Of a DNA stretch of 26,732 bases, positions 7,346-15,711 are shown one piece after another. Source of the stretch: a virus (taxonomy: Duplodnaviria; Caudoviricetes); IMG/VR virus record IMGVR_UViG_3300010362_000011, positions 1-26,732 of that record, one strand, 5' to 3'. Within the stretch, counting starts at the first letter, position 1, and the number at the start of each line of letters is the position of its first letter. A program made the position numbers and the translations under genes. Below the pieces are notes generated by a model. The model did not search any database. It had not been told where the DNA came from and was given only the letters and a program-made list of their open reading frames with translations.

Positions 7346-7918
7346 TCAAAACAGTTCCTCGTCGTCGCCGTTGCCGTTAAGGCTGGCGAGCAGCCGGTCG
7401 GCGAGCTGGTCCTCGACGTGCTTGCCGGGTGGTGGGGCGGCGGCGCAGTCGTCGAGGTGGCGTCCGCCGCCGACCCCGCATTCGGGGCACGGCGCGGGCG
7501 TATTTTTCTTGTCAGCGCCCGCACGCACGCCGCCCGCCTCGCGTGCGCGTGCGGGCGCGTTGTTGGTAGTACGTAGTACTACCTCTGTGCTGGCAGGTAT
7601 GCCAGCAGGTCTGCTGGCAACAACTTGGATGAAACCCGCATCACTAAGCGCAATGAGCTGTCGCTCAGTGACACGCGAGCCGAACCTCGCTGACAAGCCA
7701 CCGGCTGACCACCGTAATCTCCCGCGACTGCGGGCGTACTCTCGGCGTATGCAGGCGAGCACGCCGCGCTGGGCCATCGTGAGGCTGCGGTAGTCGTCTC
7801 GGCCGTCTTGCTCGAGGTAGTCGCAGATCCATGTGGGCATGCGCGAGCGCCACGCGTCGCGGTGCTGGAATTTGCCGAAGTTGGTGGGCACGATCCAGCG
7901 TTCGGGCTCGTCGGTCAT
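7346..7918 (-). CDS. Probable replication initiator / replisome organizer
   Basis: N-terminal FGKFQH...PTWI...YRSLTMAQRGVL winged-helix-like region, low-complexity linker carrying DNA repeats, CPECG...H...C C-terminus; sits between annealase and RusA. Confidence 0.6.
   Translation of the reverse strand: MTDEPERWIVPTNFGKFQHRDAWRSRMPTWICDYLEQDGRDDYRSLTMAQRGVLACIRREYARSRGRLRWSAGGLSARFGSRVTERQLIALSDAGFIQVVASRPAGIPASTEVVLRTTNNAPARAREAGGVRAGADKKNTPAPCPECGVGGGRHLDDCAAAPPPGKHVEDQLADRLLASLNGNGDDEELF
7501..7621. repeat. Iteron-like array and palindrome inside the initiator gene (candidate origin)
   Basis: TGCTGGCA/TGCCAGCA/TGCTGGCA at 7588, 7600, 7612 (12-bp period); GGTAGTAC-GTA-GTACTACC at 7565-7583; T-tract at 7501-7510. 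Confidence 0.6.
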
Positions 7919-8088
7919 CGTGTTTTCGCCTCGATGAGTCGTTGCAGCACGTCGGTCGGCCGCAGTCGTTGCGGGTCGTGGAGGTCGCGGCGTAGGCGTG
8001 GGTCGAGTGCGGGGAGGTCGGCGTGTCCGGCGCAGACGTGGCGGCCTTTGCGGCAGTAGCCGCCGCAGTAGACGCAGTGGCTGCTCAC
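7915..8088 (-). CDS. 57-aa Zn-finger-like protein (below ORF-track cutoff)
   Basis: VSSHCVYCGGYCRKGRHVCAGHADL...; GTGA and ATGA overlaps at its two ends. Confidence 0.7.
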   Translation of the reverse strand: MSSHCVYCGGYCRKGRHVCAGHADLPALDPRLRRDLHDPQRLRPTDVLQRLIEAKTR

Positions 8089-9068
8089 TCGTCCGGGTGC
8101 GCCTGGTCGAGCGCCTGCTGTACCGGCTCGGGTAGCCCGCCTTCGAGGTGCTCGATTAGCCGTGACGCTTCGGTGCTGGTGAGTTCGCTCGCCGACTGGA
8201 TCTCGCGGCCGAGGAACGCGCTCGCCTCGCTGAGCCTGTCCTCGCGTGTGAGGATGCTGCGTTCGCGGTACAGCGCCATCAGCTTGCGGCGTTGCGAGTC
8301 GTTCATCAGCGCGGGCTCGGGTGCTGGCATCGGCGGCGGGGGGGTGCCCGCTTCCTGGGTGTCGGGCTCGGGTTCGCGCTGGTCGACGGCGGGGGGCGCA
8401 TCATTGGGTGTGGGCTCGGGCTCGTTGTTGGCCGCAGCCTCGGGTCCGGGCCCCTCCTGTCCGGGCTGGTCTGGTACCGCCGCCACGGTGCCCCTGCGGC
8501 GCCGTGTGACGCCCGCTGGGCGCTTCGGCGTGTCGGGGCTGGGTGTCGGGTCGTCTCGCGCACCCTCGAGTTCCTCGGTGGCTGCGAGGCCGCCGATCAC
8601 GTCGGCGAAGATGAGCCTGGCCAGCTCGGCGCTCGCCCTGGCTTCGAGCATCGCCCGGGGGTAGCGCTGCCAGTTGGGGCGTCCGGCGAGGTTGGCGCGT
8701 TTCGCGTCGTCCATCGTCCAGGTGACCTCGGTCCAGCGTTGCTGGCCGCGCCGGCGCCCCGCGATCGTGCAGCGGGTGATCGTCGTTTCACGCACCTCGA
8801 TGTCGTGTCCGGCGCGTTCGATCAGGGCGCGTTGCAGCTCGCTGCTCATCGTGGGGCGCCCTTCGATCACGGAGATGTGGGCGAGTGATTGCATCGGGCC
8901 GACGCCGACCTCGTTGCCGTACATCAGGCAGGCGAAGATGGCGGGGACGTTGCCGCGCAGGCTCGACTTGACGAAATCGGTGTTCGCGACTCGCTCGGCG
9001 AGGTCGACGGGGTTCATCTCCTGCCACCAGAGCACCGGGGTGCGCGGCTCGTACGGGACGACGGTCAC
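8085..9068 (-). CDS. RecT/Red-beta-like single-strand annealing protein
   Basis: GNEVGVGPMQSLAHISVIEGRP, WTMDDAKRANL, WQRYPRAMLEARA; Pro-rich linker and C-terminal LTSTEASRLI; downstream of the exonuclease. Confidence 0.8.
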   Translation of the reverse strand: MTVVPYEPRTPVLWWQEMNPVDLAERVANTDFVKSSLRGNVPAIFACLMYGNEVGVGPMQSLAHISVIEGRPTMSSELQRALIERAGHDIEVRETTITRCTIAGRRRGQQRWTEVTWTMDDAKRANLAGRPNWQRYPRAMLEARASAELARLIFADVIGGLAATEELEGARDDPTPSPDTPKRPAGVTRRRRGTVAAVPDQPGQEGPGPEAAANNEPEPTPNDAPPAVDQREPEPDTQEAGTPPPPMPAPEPALMNDSQRRKLMALYRERSILTREDRLSEASAFLGREIQSASELTSTEASRLIEHLEGGLPEPVQQALDQAHPDE

Positions 9069-9253
9069 GGCAGCCTCCGGTCGATCTGCGTCTCGGCGAG
9101 TTCGTGGAGCGCGGTGGCGAGCACGAGCACGGCGCAGTGGATGCCGTCGAGGGTGCGCCAGATGGCTGCGTTCATGCTGGCCGACTCGTGCGCCTCGTCC
9201 CTGGCCTCGAGCGAGTGGGCGAGCAGGTCAGTCGCGGTGAATTCAGGGATCAC
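9065..9253 (-). CDS. Hypothetical protein (62 aa)
   Basis: GGAGG RBS before GTG 9253; GTGA coupling to the annealase. Confidence 0.6.
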   Translation of the reverse strand: MIPEFTATDLLAHSLEARDEAHESASMNAAIWRTLDGIHCAVLVLATALHELAETQIDRRLP

Positions 9254-9470
9254 GGGTCGCACCTCCGGTTTCGTGTTGCTCGGCGAGCCCGCTGGGGATG
9301 CTGGTGGGCCGCCGCAGGAACGTGCTGTCGGGCTCGACGGCCCAGCGCCTGCCGTCGTCGGTCTGGACGACGAGCTTGGCCTTGCCGACCTCGATCACCT
9401 GGCCGGGCAGCACCTCGCCGGCGCGGAGGTTGATGAGCCTGCACCGGTCGCCTGACTTCCAGGGGGTCAT
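9243..9470 (-). CDS. Small SH3/KOW-like beta-barrel hypothetical protein
   Basis: WKSGDRCRL...GQVIEVGKAKLVVQTDDGRRWAV; TGATG coupling. Confidence 0.65.
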   Translation of the reverse strand: MTPWKSGDRCRLINLRAGEVLPGQVIEVGKAKLVVQTDDGRRWAVEPDSTFLRRPTSIPSGLAEQHETGGATRDP

Positions 9471-10231
9471 CAGAACAACACCTCGGTCAACTGCCTCGGC
9501 GCCTCGATGACGTCGTCGCGCTTGCCGAAGCTCGCCACTGCGATCACCGCCTTGAACACGTCGAACGTGGCGTCGCCGGTGTCGACCGGGACGAACTCGT
9601 ATGTGCGGTCAGCGCGGAGCCACACGACGCCGCAGCGGTCAACGGGCGGCATCTCGACGACCTCGCCGGTCGGGCCCACGCAGAAGTCGGCCCGCCTGTA
9701 CGCGGCGAGCTGCAACGCGGACTCGACGAACACGCCGCTGCGGGTCGTCTTGAGGTCGAGCAGCCACCGCAGCCCGTCGTCGAGGTCGGCGACCAGGTCG
9801 AGCGTGCCGGCGTACCTGAGGCGCAGGTTCGCGATCGGCGCCTCGACGAGCAGCGCCACCGCCCCCCACTCCTCAAGGAACCGAAGGTACGCGTCGACAT
9901 GGCCGACGAGTTCGTCCGGTACCTGCACCTCCTCGTGTGCGATCAGCTTCGAGGCGAGCCGGTGCACCTCGGTGCCGCGCCGGGCGGCCGCGTCACGGTC
10001 CCGGTCGGGCGCCGTCCTGACTCGCTCGCCCCGCTCGGACGGCAGCAGCGCCGCCAGCTCGTCCCAGTAGTCGGTCACCTCTTCGCCACAGGTGCGGGCC
10101 GCCCACTTGGCGATCGCGGGTTTCGGGTAGCCCCGGTCGAGCAGCGTCGTCACCCCAGTGAACTTCTCGCCGTCGACCTGGTACGAGTGGCCGCGCCCGT
10201 GGTTGCGGCGGGTGATGGTCGGCGCGGTCAT
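9470..10231 (-). CDS. PD-(D/E)XK exonuclease (RecE/Cas4-like phage recombination nuclease)
   Basis: GVTTLL, AARRGTEVH, YAGTLDL, LLDLKT, QLAAY motifs. Confidence 0.88.
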   Translation of the reverse strand: MTAPTITRRNHGRGHSYQVDGEKFTGVTTLLDRGYPKPAIAKWAARTCGEEVTDYWDELAALLPSERGERVRTAPDRDRDAAARRGTEVHRLASKLIAHEEVQVPDELVGHVDAYLRFLEEWGAVALLVEAPIANLRLRYAGTLDLVADLDDGLRWLLDLKTTRSGVFVESALQLAAYRRADFCVGPTGEVVEMPPVDRCGVVWLRADRTYEFVPVDTGDATFDVFKAVIAVASFGKRDDVIEAPRQLTEVLF

Positions 10232-10716
10232 CGCTTCACCCACGAGTGGTGCGGCCCGTTGAACACCGGCTCGGGGAAGCTCGGCGGTGGCAGCAGGTCG
10301 AGCCGCCGCAGCTTCGACAGGTAGCCGACCTCGGGCAGCGGCGCCCCGGGCTCGCGCACCGGCCGGTCACCGTGCATGTCCCGGTAGATCGTGACCGGCG
10401 TCGAGATGCACACGATGCGCCAGTCGCCCGGCGTCTCGTCCAGGTCGGCGATGATCGCCCGCAGCGCGTCGAGCGTCGTCATCTCGGTGCGGAACAGGAC
10501 ACCCTCGCCGGGCTCGTCGACCCTGCGCACCGACACGGTGGCACCGAAGCTCGCCCGCTTGGCGCTGCCCACGAGCACGCGCGGGTTGTGACCGTGGATG
10601 TAGCGGCGCGGCTCGCCCCGGATCGTGCCGCGCTCCGAGTCGGTTTTCCCGGCGATGCGAGTGCGCCGGCCGCAGCCGCACTCGCACAGGTGATCGCTGA
10701 GCGGCGGGCGGCTCAC
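10228..10716 (-). CDS. Protein with N-terminal CxCGCG...GH Zn-binding motif (162 aa)
   Basis: LCECGCGRRT...RRYIHGHN; coupled at both ends. Confidence 0.7.
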   Translation of the reverse strand: MSRPPLSDHLCECGCGRRTRIAGKTDSERGTIRGEPRRYIHGHNPRVLVGSAKRASFGATVSVRRVDEPGEGVLFRTEMTTLDALRAIIADLDETPGDWRIVCISTPVTIYRDMHGDRPVREPGAPLPEVGYLSKLRRLDLLPPPSFPEPVFNGPHHSWVKR

Positions 10717-10934
10717 AGCAGCATCCCCTGGGTGGCGCTGACCTTCCGCTGCTCGCGGTGCACGCACACCGCGTGAGCGAACCCGTCGATCTGCTCGCGC
10801 AGGGCCACGTCGCTGCCGCCGTGATTGCCGCGGCGAGCCCAGCCGGCGATGCGGTGATAGACGACTCGGCCTGTGGCTTGCGGGTCGACGGGCTCGCCGC
10901 AGAACGGGCAGAGCGGTTTGAGGTTGGTGGTCAT
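10713..10934 (-). CDS. 73-aa Zn-finger-like hypothetical protein
   Basis: CPFCG...HAVC; AGGAGG RBS; ATGA overlap. Confidence 0.7.
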   Translation of the reverse strand: MTTNLKPLCPFCGEPVDPQATGRVVYHRIAGWARRGNHGGSDVALREQIDGFAHAVCVHREQRKVSATQGMLL

Positions 10935-11410
10935 CGCAAGCCGCACCTCCTGGCGGTTACGGGCCACGGCTCGAACCCGCGCGACGCGTGCGCGACGATG
11001 GCCGTGGCGATCTGCTGGGCTGGCGACCAGTGATCGGCGGTCCCGTGCTGCTGCAGCAGCCGCCCGCCGTAGGTCGCCATGAACGAACGGTCGAACTGCA
11101 AGCCACCCCAGTAGGGGGCGCCGCGGTCAGACCAGCTGCCCTCGAAGCGGTGCACGCATTCGAAGTCGAGGACGAGCTGCACGAGCGGCTCGAGCCGGGC
11201 CCGCAGCCGGGCCCGCAGCGTCAGCACCTGGCGGTGCTCGCGGCGCCACCGCTGCGCCCACTTCTCGGGCCCTAACCCTCGGAACCTCACTTGCCCGAAG
11301 CCGGTGGTACGCTCCCGGTCGAGGTCAGGCGGCCGGGCGCCCCAGGCGGCGAGCGTGAGCGCGAGCGCCAGGATGGCAACGAGGGTGCTGGCCCAGCGGC
11401 GCGAGGTCAC
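10931..11410 (-). CDS. Secreted resuscitation-promoting-factor (Rpf)-like lytic transglycosylase
   Basis: Signal peptide MTSRRWASTLVAILALALTLAAWGA; domain CVHRFEGSW...YWGGLQF...YGG...SPAQQIATA...GFEPWPV...C with catalytic Glu retained. Confidence 0.85.
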   Translation of the reverse strand: MTSRRWASTLVAILALALTLAAWGARPPDLDRERTTGFGQVRFRGLGPEKWAQRWRREHRQVLTLRARLRARLEPLVQLVLDFECVHRFEGSWSDRGAPYWGGLQFDRSFMATYGGRLLQQHGTADHWSPAQQIATAIVAHASRGFEPWPVTARRCGLR

Positions 11411-12078
11411 GCCGTGCTCCTGACCGCCGTGCGGGCCATCGCGAGGAGTTCATCGCGGAGTTCCGGTGGCGTCGTCGACGTCTGCCCTAGATGTAACGGG
11501 CGGCAACGGACGCCGTCCGCGTTGTATGTACTGCCCCGCGCCTCTTTCCACTGGGCCCGACGGCCGCCCCACCGGTCGCGCCAGTTCTCGAGCCCGCCCC
11601 AGGGGCCATTTGGCTCGTCGCCGTCCCCGTCCGGTGTGTGCCCCCACCGGAGCTCGGTGAGGATGACCCCGTACGCGTACAGCCATGTGGCTTTCTTGAC
11701 GGGGAGCCCGTACCGGCCCTGCTCGAAATAGCAACTGGCGCCACCGTCCAGGCCGAGCGTCCAGCCGCCGTGCCACAGGGGCTCCGGGAGCCCATACGCG
11801 TCCCAGGCTTTCGAGTAGGCGGGGTGCTCAAGGACACCACCCCAGGTGCGGACGGCGTGAAGCGCTGCGGCGAAGCAGCCGCCGTCTTCGCCGCGCTTGT
11901 AGCCGAACCTGGCTTCGGTGAACCCTGCGAGCCGCGACCACCGGGCGCACGGCGGGTGGGCGACGACGGGCCACGGGCCGGAGTACGTGCGGGCGTCGCG
12001 TGCCTCGTCCCACACCTCGACGTCAGGGAGACCGGAGTAGACGCCGGTCGGATCGACGAACAGGGCGGCGACCGTCAC
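11407..12078 (-). CDS. Compact DNA cytosine-5 methyltransferase-like protein
   Basis: VVAHPPC (motif IV), VLEHP (motif VI variant), QGRYGLPVKKATWL (motif VIII-like); lacks a full FxGxG. Confidence 0.65.
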   Translation of the reverse strand: MTVAALFVDPTGVYSGLPDVEVWDEARDARTYSGPWPVVAHPPCARWSRLAGFTEARFGYKRGEDGGCFAAALHAVRTWGGVLEHPAYSKAWDAYGLPEPLWHGGWTLGLDGGASCYFEQGRYGLPVKKATWLYAYGVILTELRWGHTPDGDGDEPNGPWGGLENWRDRWGGRRAQWKEARGSTYNADGVRCRPLHLGQTSTTPPELRDELLAMARTAVRSTA

Positions 12079-12182
12079 CGCCGCCCCCCAATTTCACTCT
12101 TTTGGGTTAAGCCAGGGTTACGACCAGTCGATACACTCCCATAACAGGCATGACCCACTAGCCCACCGGAAAGGGGCGCAGG

Positions 12183-12350
12183 ATGAGTTACGCAGACGGT
12201 TACACCCACGGATACAAGGCTGGCACCGAGTACCCGTGGCCGCAGGAATGGCGCACGCTGTACGCCACTCGCCGCGAGACGCGGCCCTACATGGCGGGCT
12301 GGATGCGCGGTTTCCGCCACGCTTGCATGGCACGGATGGGGGTGGCCTAG
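12183..12350 (+). CDS. 55-aa protein with RMF-like motif (below ORF-track cutoff)
   Basis: GAAAGGGG RBS; MSYADGYTHGYKAGTEYPWPQEWRTLYATRRETRPYMAGWMRGFRHACMARMGVA; TACACT -10-like hexamer at 12132-12137. Confidence 0.7.
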   Translation: MSYADGYTHGYKAGTEYPWPQEWRTLYATRRETRPYMAGWMRGFRHACMARMGVA

Positions 12351-12731
12351 ATGCTGGGCCGTTCCGTCATCGTCACGGCTGCGGCGATCATCGCCGTGAG
12401 CTACGGCACCGCCGCTCACGCCGCCACCTGCCCCACCACGCCGCCCGCAGGCTTGCGAGCGGCGCTCACCGTAGGCAGCTACAGGCTGCTGCCCGTCGTC
12501 TGCGACAAGGGCTCGCCTGTGTTCGCGGCGAAGCTCGGGACCCGCAGCAGGGTGGCGCTGCGGATGCCGTCCGCACGTCAGGCCACCGCGCTCGCGGCCA
12601 TGCTGCAGGTCAGCGCCGATCAGCGGCAGGCGTTCGAGGCGAAGTGGCGCCGGTCGAATCATCCCGCCCGTGTGACCGGCGCGGTCGCCTGGCATCGGTT
12701 CGTCGTCGTCTCGCTCGTGCGGGTGAGCTAG
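12351..12731 (+). CDS. Predicted secreted hypothetical protein (126 aa)
   Basis: Signal-peptide-like N-terminus ending AAHA; two Cys; abuts both neighbours with TAG-ATG. Confidence 0.6.
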   Translation: MLGRSVIVTAAAIIAVSYGTAAHAATCPTTPPAGLRAALTVGSYRLLPVVCDKGSPVFAAKLGTRSRVALRMPSARQATALAAMLQVSADQRQAFEAKWRRSNHPARVTGAVAWHRFVVVSLVRVS

Positions 12732-14099
12732 ATGGCTCGCCGGGCGTTCGGGATCGTCCGCCAGTCGCGCACGAGCGATGACACGGTCAGCATCGCCGAG
12801 CAGCGCAAGAAGCTGGCCGAGTTCGCCGACCGCGAGGGAATGCGGTTGGTCGAGGTGGCCGAAGAGGTCGACGTGTCGGGAGGGCGGGCGCTTGCGAAGC
12901 GGCCCGGCCTTCGCCGTGCCGTCGAGATGGTCGAGACGGGGCAAGCCGACGTGATCGTCGTCGCGTACTTCGACCGGCTGGTGCGCAGCCTCACGGTGCA
13001 GGCTGAGATCCTGCAGCGGGTCGAGGCTGCCGGTGGCGGTGTCGCCGCGATGGACGTCGGCGAGGTGTCGAACGGCACCGCGTCGAAGTGGCTTTCCGCC
13101 ACCATGCTGGGCATGGTCGCCGAGTACCACCGCCGCTCGACCGCCGAGCGGACGGCGGGCGCGAAGGCCGACGCGGTCGCTCGCGGGGTGCCGCCGTTCC
13201 CGCGTATCCCGTTCGGCCTGCGGCGCCGCGACGACGGGACGCTCGAGCCGGACCCTGAGACGGCTGACCTGGTCGTCGACGCGTTCGAGATGCGGGCCGA
13301 CCGCGGTGACGGTGAGCCCGACACGATCGACAACATCCGGGACATGCTCGCCGAGCACGGGCACCAGTTGACGCACGAGGCGACCAAGCAGCTGCTGCGG
13401 TCGCGGCTGCTGATCGGCGAGCTGCGGTTCGGAAAGCTCGTGAACCTGCAGGCGTGCGAGCCGGTCGTCGACCGGGCCCTGTTCGACCGGGTCCAGGCTG
13501 CCCGCCCTTCGCGTGGCCGTACGGCGAAGTCGCAGCGGCTGCTCGCCCGGCTGGGGGTGCTGCGCTGCGGCTCGTGCGGCGGCCGCCTGATCGTGAACAC
13601 GAACCGGGACGGGTACGTCTACTACGCGTGCGGCGCCCCGCGCGGCGACTGCCAGCGGCGTGCCTACATCGGCGCGAACCGGGTCGAGCGGTTCGTCAGC
13701 GACGAGACGGTGCGGTTGGTCGGCGAGCTTCAAGAGGGCGCCTCGGCTGCGGCTGAGCTTGACGCGGTCGAGCGGCAGTTGGCGAAGCTCAAGCGGGCGG
13801 TGGCGAACATGGCGGCGACGTTCGACCCGATGGGCAGCGACGAGGACGTCGCCGACGCTCGCAAGCGGCTGTCCGCGCTTCGGGGTGAGCGGGACGCCGC
13901 GCAGGACGAGCGTGACCGGCTAGCCCGCATCATCGACCCTGACCTCGTCGTCGACGCCGAGATCGTCATGCGTGACGGCACCCTCGAGGAGCGGCGCAGC
14001 CTGATCCGTGACGCTATCGACCGGGCGATCGTCAGCCCCGGCCGGTTGCCGGTCGGTGACCGGGTCGAGATCGTCCCGCGTCGCGAGTCGTTCCGTTAG
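12732..14099 (+). CDS. int: Large serine recombinase (integrase)
   Basis: VRQS catalytic serine, VSG..RPGL, YFDRLVR, recombinase domain, LRCGSCG...YYAC Zn ribbon, coiled coil. Confidence 0.95.
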   Translation: MARRAFGIVRQSRTSDDTVSIAEQRKKLAEFADREGMRLVEVAEEVDVSGGRALAKRPGLRRAVEMVETGQADVIVVAYFDRLVRSLTVQAEILQRVEAAGGGVAAMDVGEVSNGTASKWLSATMLGMVAEYHRRSTAERTAGAKADAVARGVPPFPRIPFGLRRRDDGTLEPDPETADLVVDAFEMRADRGDGEPDTIDNIRDMLAEHGHQLTHEATKQLLRSRLLIGELRFGKLVNLQACEPVVDRALFDRVQAARPSRGRTAKSQRLLARLGVLRCGSCGGRLIVNTNRDGYVYYACGAPRGDCQRRAYIGANRVERFVSDETVRLVGELQEGASAAAELDAVERQLAKLKRAVANMAATFDPMGSDEDVADARKRLSALRGERDAAQDERDRLARIIDPDLVVDAEIVMRDGTLEERRSLIRDAIDRAIVSPGRLPVGDRVEIVPRRESFR

Positions 14100-14617
14100 C
14101 AGCCGCTTGGCTACTCGTCTGAGGTCGTTGCGCAGGTCGCGCTCGACCTCGGGCGGGTAGCGGTGGCCGCGCTCGCGCCTGCTGGTGCATGGGCGCCGGG
14201 TGGGCCCGTGCGACAAATGCGGTTGCCGCTCGGGCCCTCGGCGCGTCCGGCTGCGAAACGTCATCGCAGCGCCCCCGCTGCCCGTTGCGCAGTCGCGGCG
14301 GCCGAGGCGTCCCGGCCCTCGCCACCTCGCAACGGACGTTTCATGCTAGTGGGGTCGACGGAGTGGCCTACGGCTCGCCTGAGGGGTGCGCTCGCGGTCA
14401 CTCCGTCGGCCGTGTCGGGCCGCCAGCGGCCCGCCGCAACGGTCGCCCTAACTGGCGTTCCCCTTCCCCGGTGCTGATCCCTCATGCTCCCACCTCTCAT
14501 CAGCTCAAGCCTGGCCCATCCACACCAATGAGCCCGTGTGTTCGGTGCTGCTTATCCTCAGGCGAGCCGTGAAACCGCGTCAGTCTCAGGCCGCGACTGG
14601 GCCCGCGTCAAACCGGA

Positions 14618-14751
14618 TTTTCGCAATTTGCGGAAAGTAATTTGCCGCGCGGTCGTGCGGACCCATGGACGCCACGAGGGCGGAGCGCCCGATGTGACGT
14701 CCGTTACGAGGGGTCGGCGTGCGGTCCTGCGCACGTGCCCGGGTCCGCACG
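14618..14751. promoter_or_regulatory. Operator-like repeats upstream of the HTH gene
   Basis: TTTTCGCAA-T-TTGCGGAAA (14618-14636); CGTGCGGACCC (14654-14664) inverted at 14741-14751, with a third near-copy at 14718-14727. Confidence 0.5.
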
Positions 14752-14785
14752 TTTCCGCCCACTAAAAACCCCCTAGGGTTAGCCG

Positions 14786-15037
14786 GTGAGCCGTGGAGGC
14801 CGTAGCGGTCGGACGCTCACCGAACTCGAGCTACGGCACCTTCAGTTGCTGCTCGAGATTCGGTCGCGGGCGCACAGGTACGCGACCGCCTACGACATGC
14901 TCCTCGAGGATTTCGTGCTCGAGTGCCGTGAGTCGGGGGCGTCGGCACGGGGGATCGCCGACATGCTGGGGGTGGGCTCGTCGACGGTTCAGATCTGGAC
15001 GGTGAAGGCGCGGCAGCGTCGCCACACGGAGGGTTAG
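14786..15037 (+). CDS. Small helix-turn-helix regulator (repressor candidate)
   Basis: [24 protein letters not shown]; TAGGGT -10-like hexamer ends 6 nt before the GTG (leaderless). Confidence 0.75.
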   Translation: MSRGGRSGRTLTELELRHLQLLLEIRSRAHRYATAYDMLLEDFVLECRESGASARGIADMLGVGSSTVQIWTVKARQRRHTEG

Positions 15038-15711
15038 GGGGCGGCGCAGACGTAGATGGTGCGGGTGTCGTCGGTGGGGTCGCGCTGGTGCACGCCGATC
15101 GTCTGCGGGGTGAACCCGGCGGGGCAGGCGAGCCCCGGTGCCCCTGCTGGCCCCGGCGGGCCGGGTGCGCCTTGCTGACCGGCTGACCCTGGCGGCCCCT
15201 GGGCGCCGCGTTCGCCTTGGCCGCCTTGAGCGCCTTGCTGCCCTGGCGGGCCCTGGGCGCCGGTCGCGCCGACTGGGCCGGGCGGCCCTTGTGCGCCGGT
15301 CGCGCCGACGGCGCCGGCGGCGCCGCGTGCGCCGCGCTCACCTCGTGCGCCGCGTGCCCCTGCTGCCCCTGCTGGCCCTGGTGGCCCTGCTGCGCCGGTC
15401 GGCCCTGCGGGCCCTGTTGGCCCGCTGGCGCCTCGGCTGCCGCCGCTCGTCGCCCCGGTTGGGCCGGGCGGCCCGGTGAGCCCGCGCGGCCCTGATGGCC
15501 CGGCTGGCCCCGGCTTGCCGTTGTGACCTGGCGGCCCGGCTGGCCCTCGCGGCCCGGTCTCGCCGACGGTGACGGTCGCGGTGGCGACGGTGCGCCTGGT
15601 GGCTTCGTTGCCGAACACGCCGCCGGGGTTGGCGAGCGCGACGCCGACGGTTGCCACGCTGAGCGCGACCGCGACCGTGGTGGCCGCCATGATCGCGGTC
15701 GACCCTCTCAC
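15034..15711 (-). CDS. Membrane-anchored or secreted collagen-like protein (225 aa)
   Basis: Hydrophobic N-terminus, about 48 Gly-X-Y triplets with one interruption, C-terminal CPAG...YVC; GTGA coupling. Confidence 0.85.
   Translation of the reverse strand: MRGSTAIMAATTVAVALSVATVGVALANPGGVFGNEATRRTVATATVTVGETGPRGPAGPPGHNGKPGPAGPSGPRGLTGPPGPTGATSGGSRGASGPTGPAGPTGAAGPPGPAGAAGARGARGERGARGAAGAVGATGAQGPPGPVGATGAQGPPGQQGAQGGQGERGAQGPPGSAGQQGAPGPPGPAGAPGLACPAGFTPQTIGVHQRDPTDDTRTIYVCAAP

Noticed and set aside
9470-10231. Cas4 or a CRISPR system
   Set aside because: No repeat-spacer array or other cas genes; it pairs with a RecT-like annealase as a recombination exonuclease
12348-12734. TAG recoding (alternative genetic code)
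   Set aside because: TAG terminates many full-length genes (capsid, tape measure, integrase, TylF), and readthrough would fuse a signal-peptide protein to the integrase
12075-13733. 552-aa antisense ORF as a functional protein
   Set aside because: Codon-for-codon antisense of the integrase cassette with no domain signal; kept only as a possible translational bridge
14693-14708. CRP-like site TGTGA-N6-TTACG
   Set aside because: Second half-site matches only 3 of 5; too weak alone
15127-15565. 9-bp periodic repeats
   Set aside because: Explained by the Gly-X-Y collagen coding sequence
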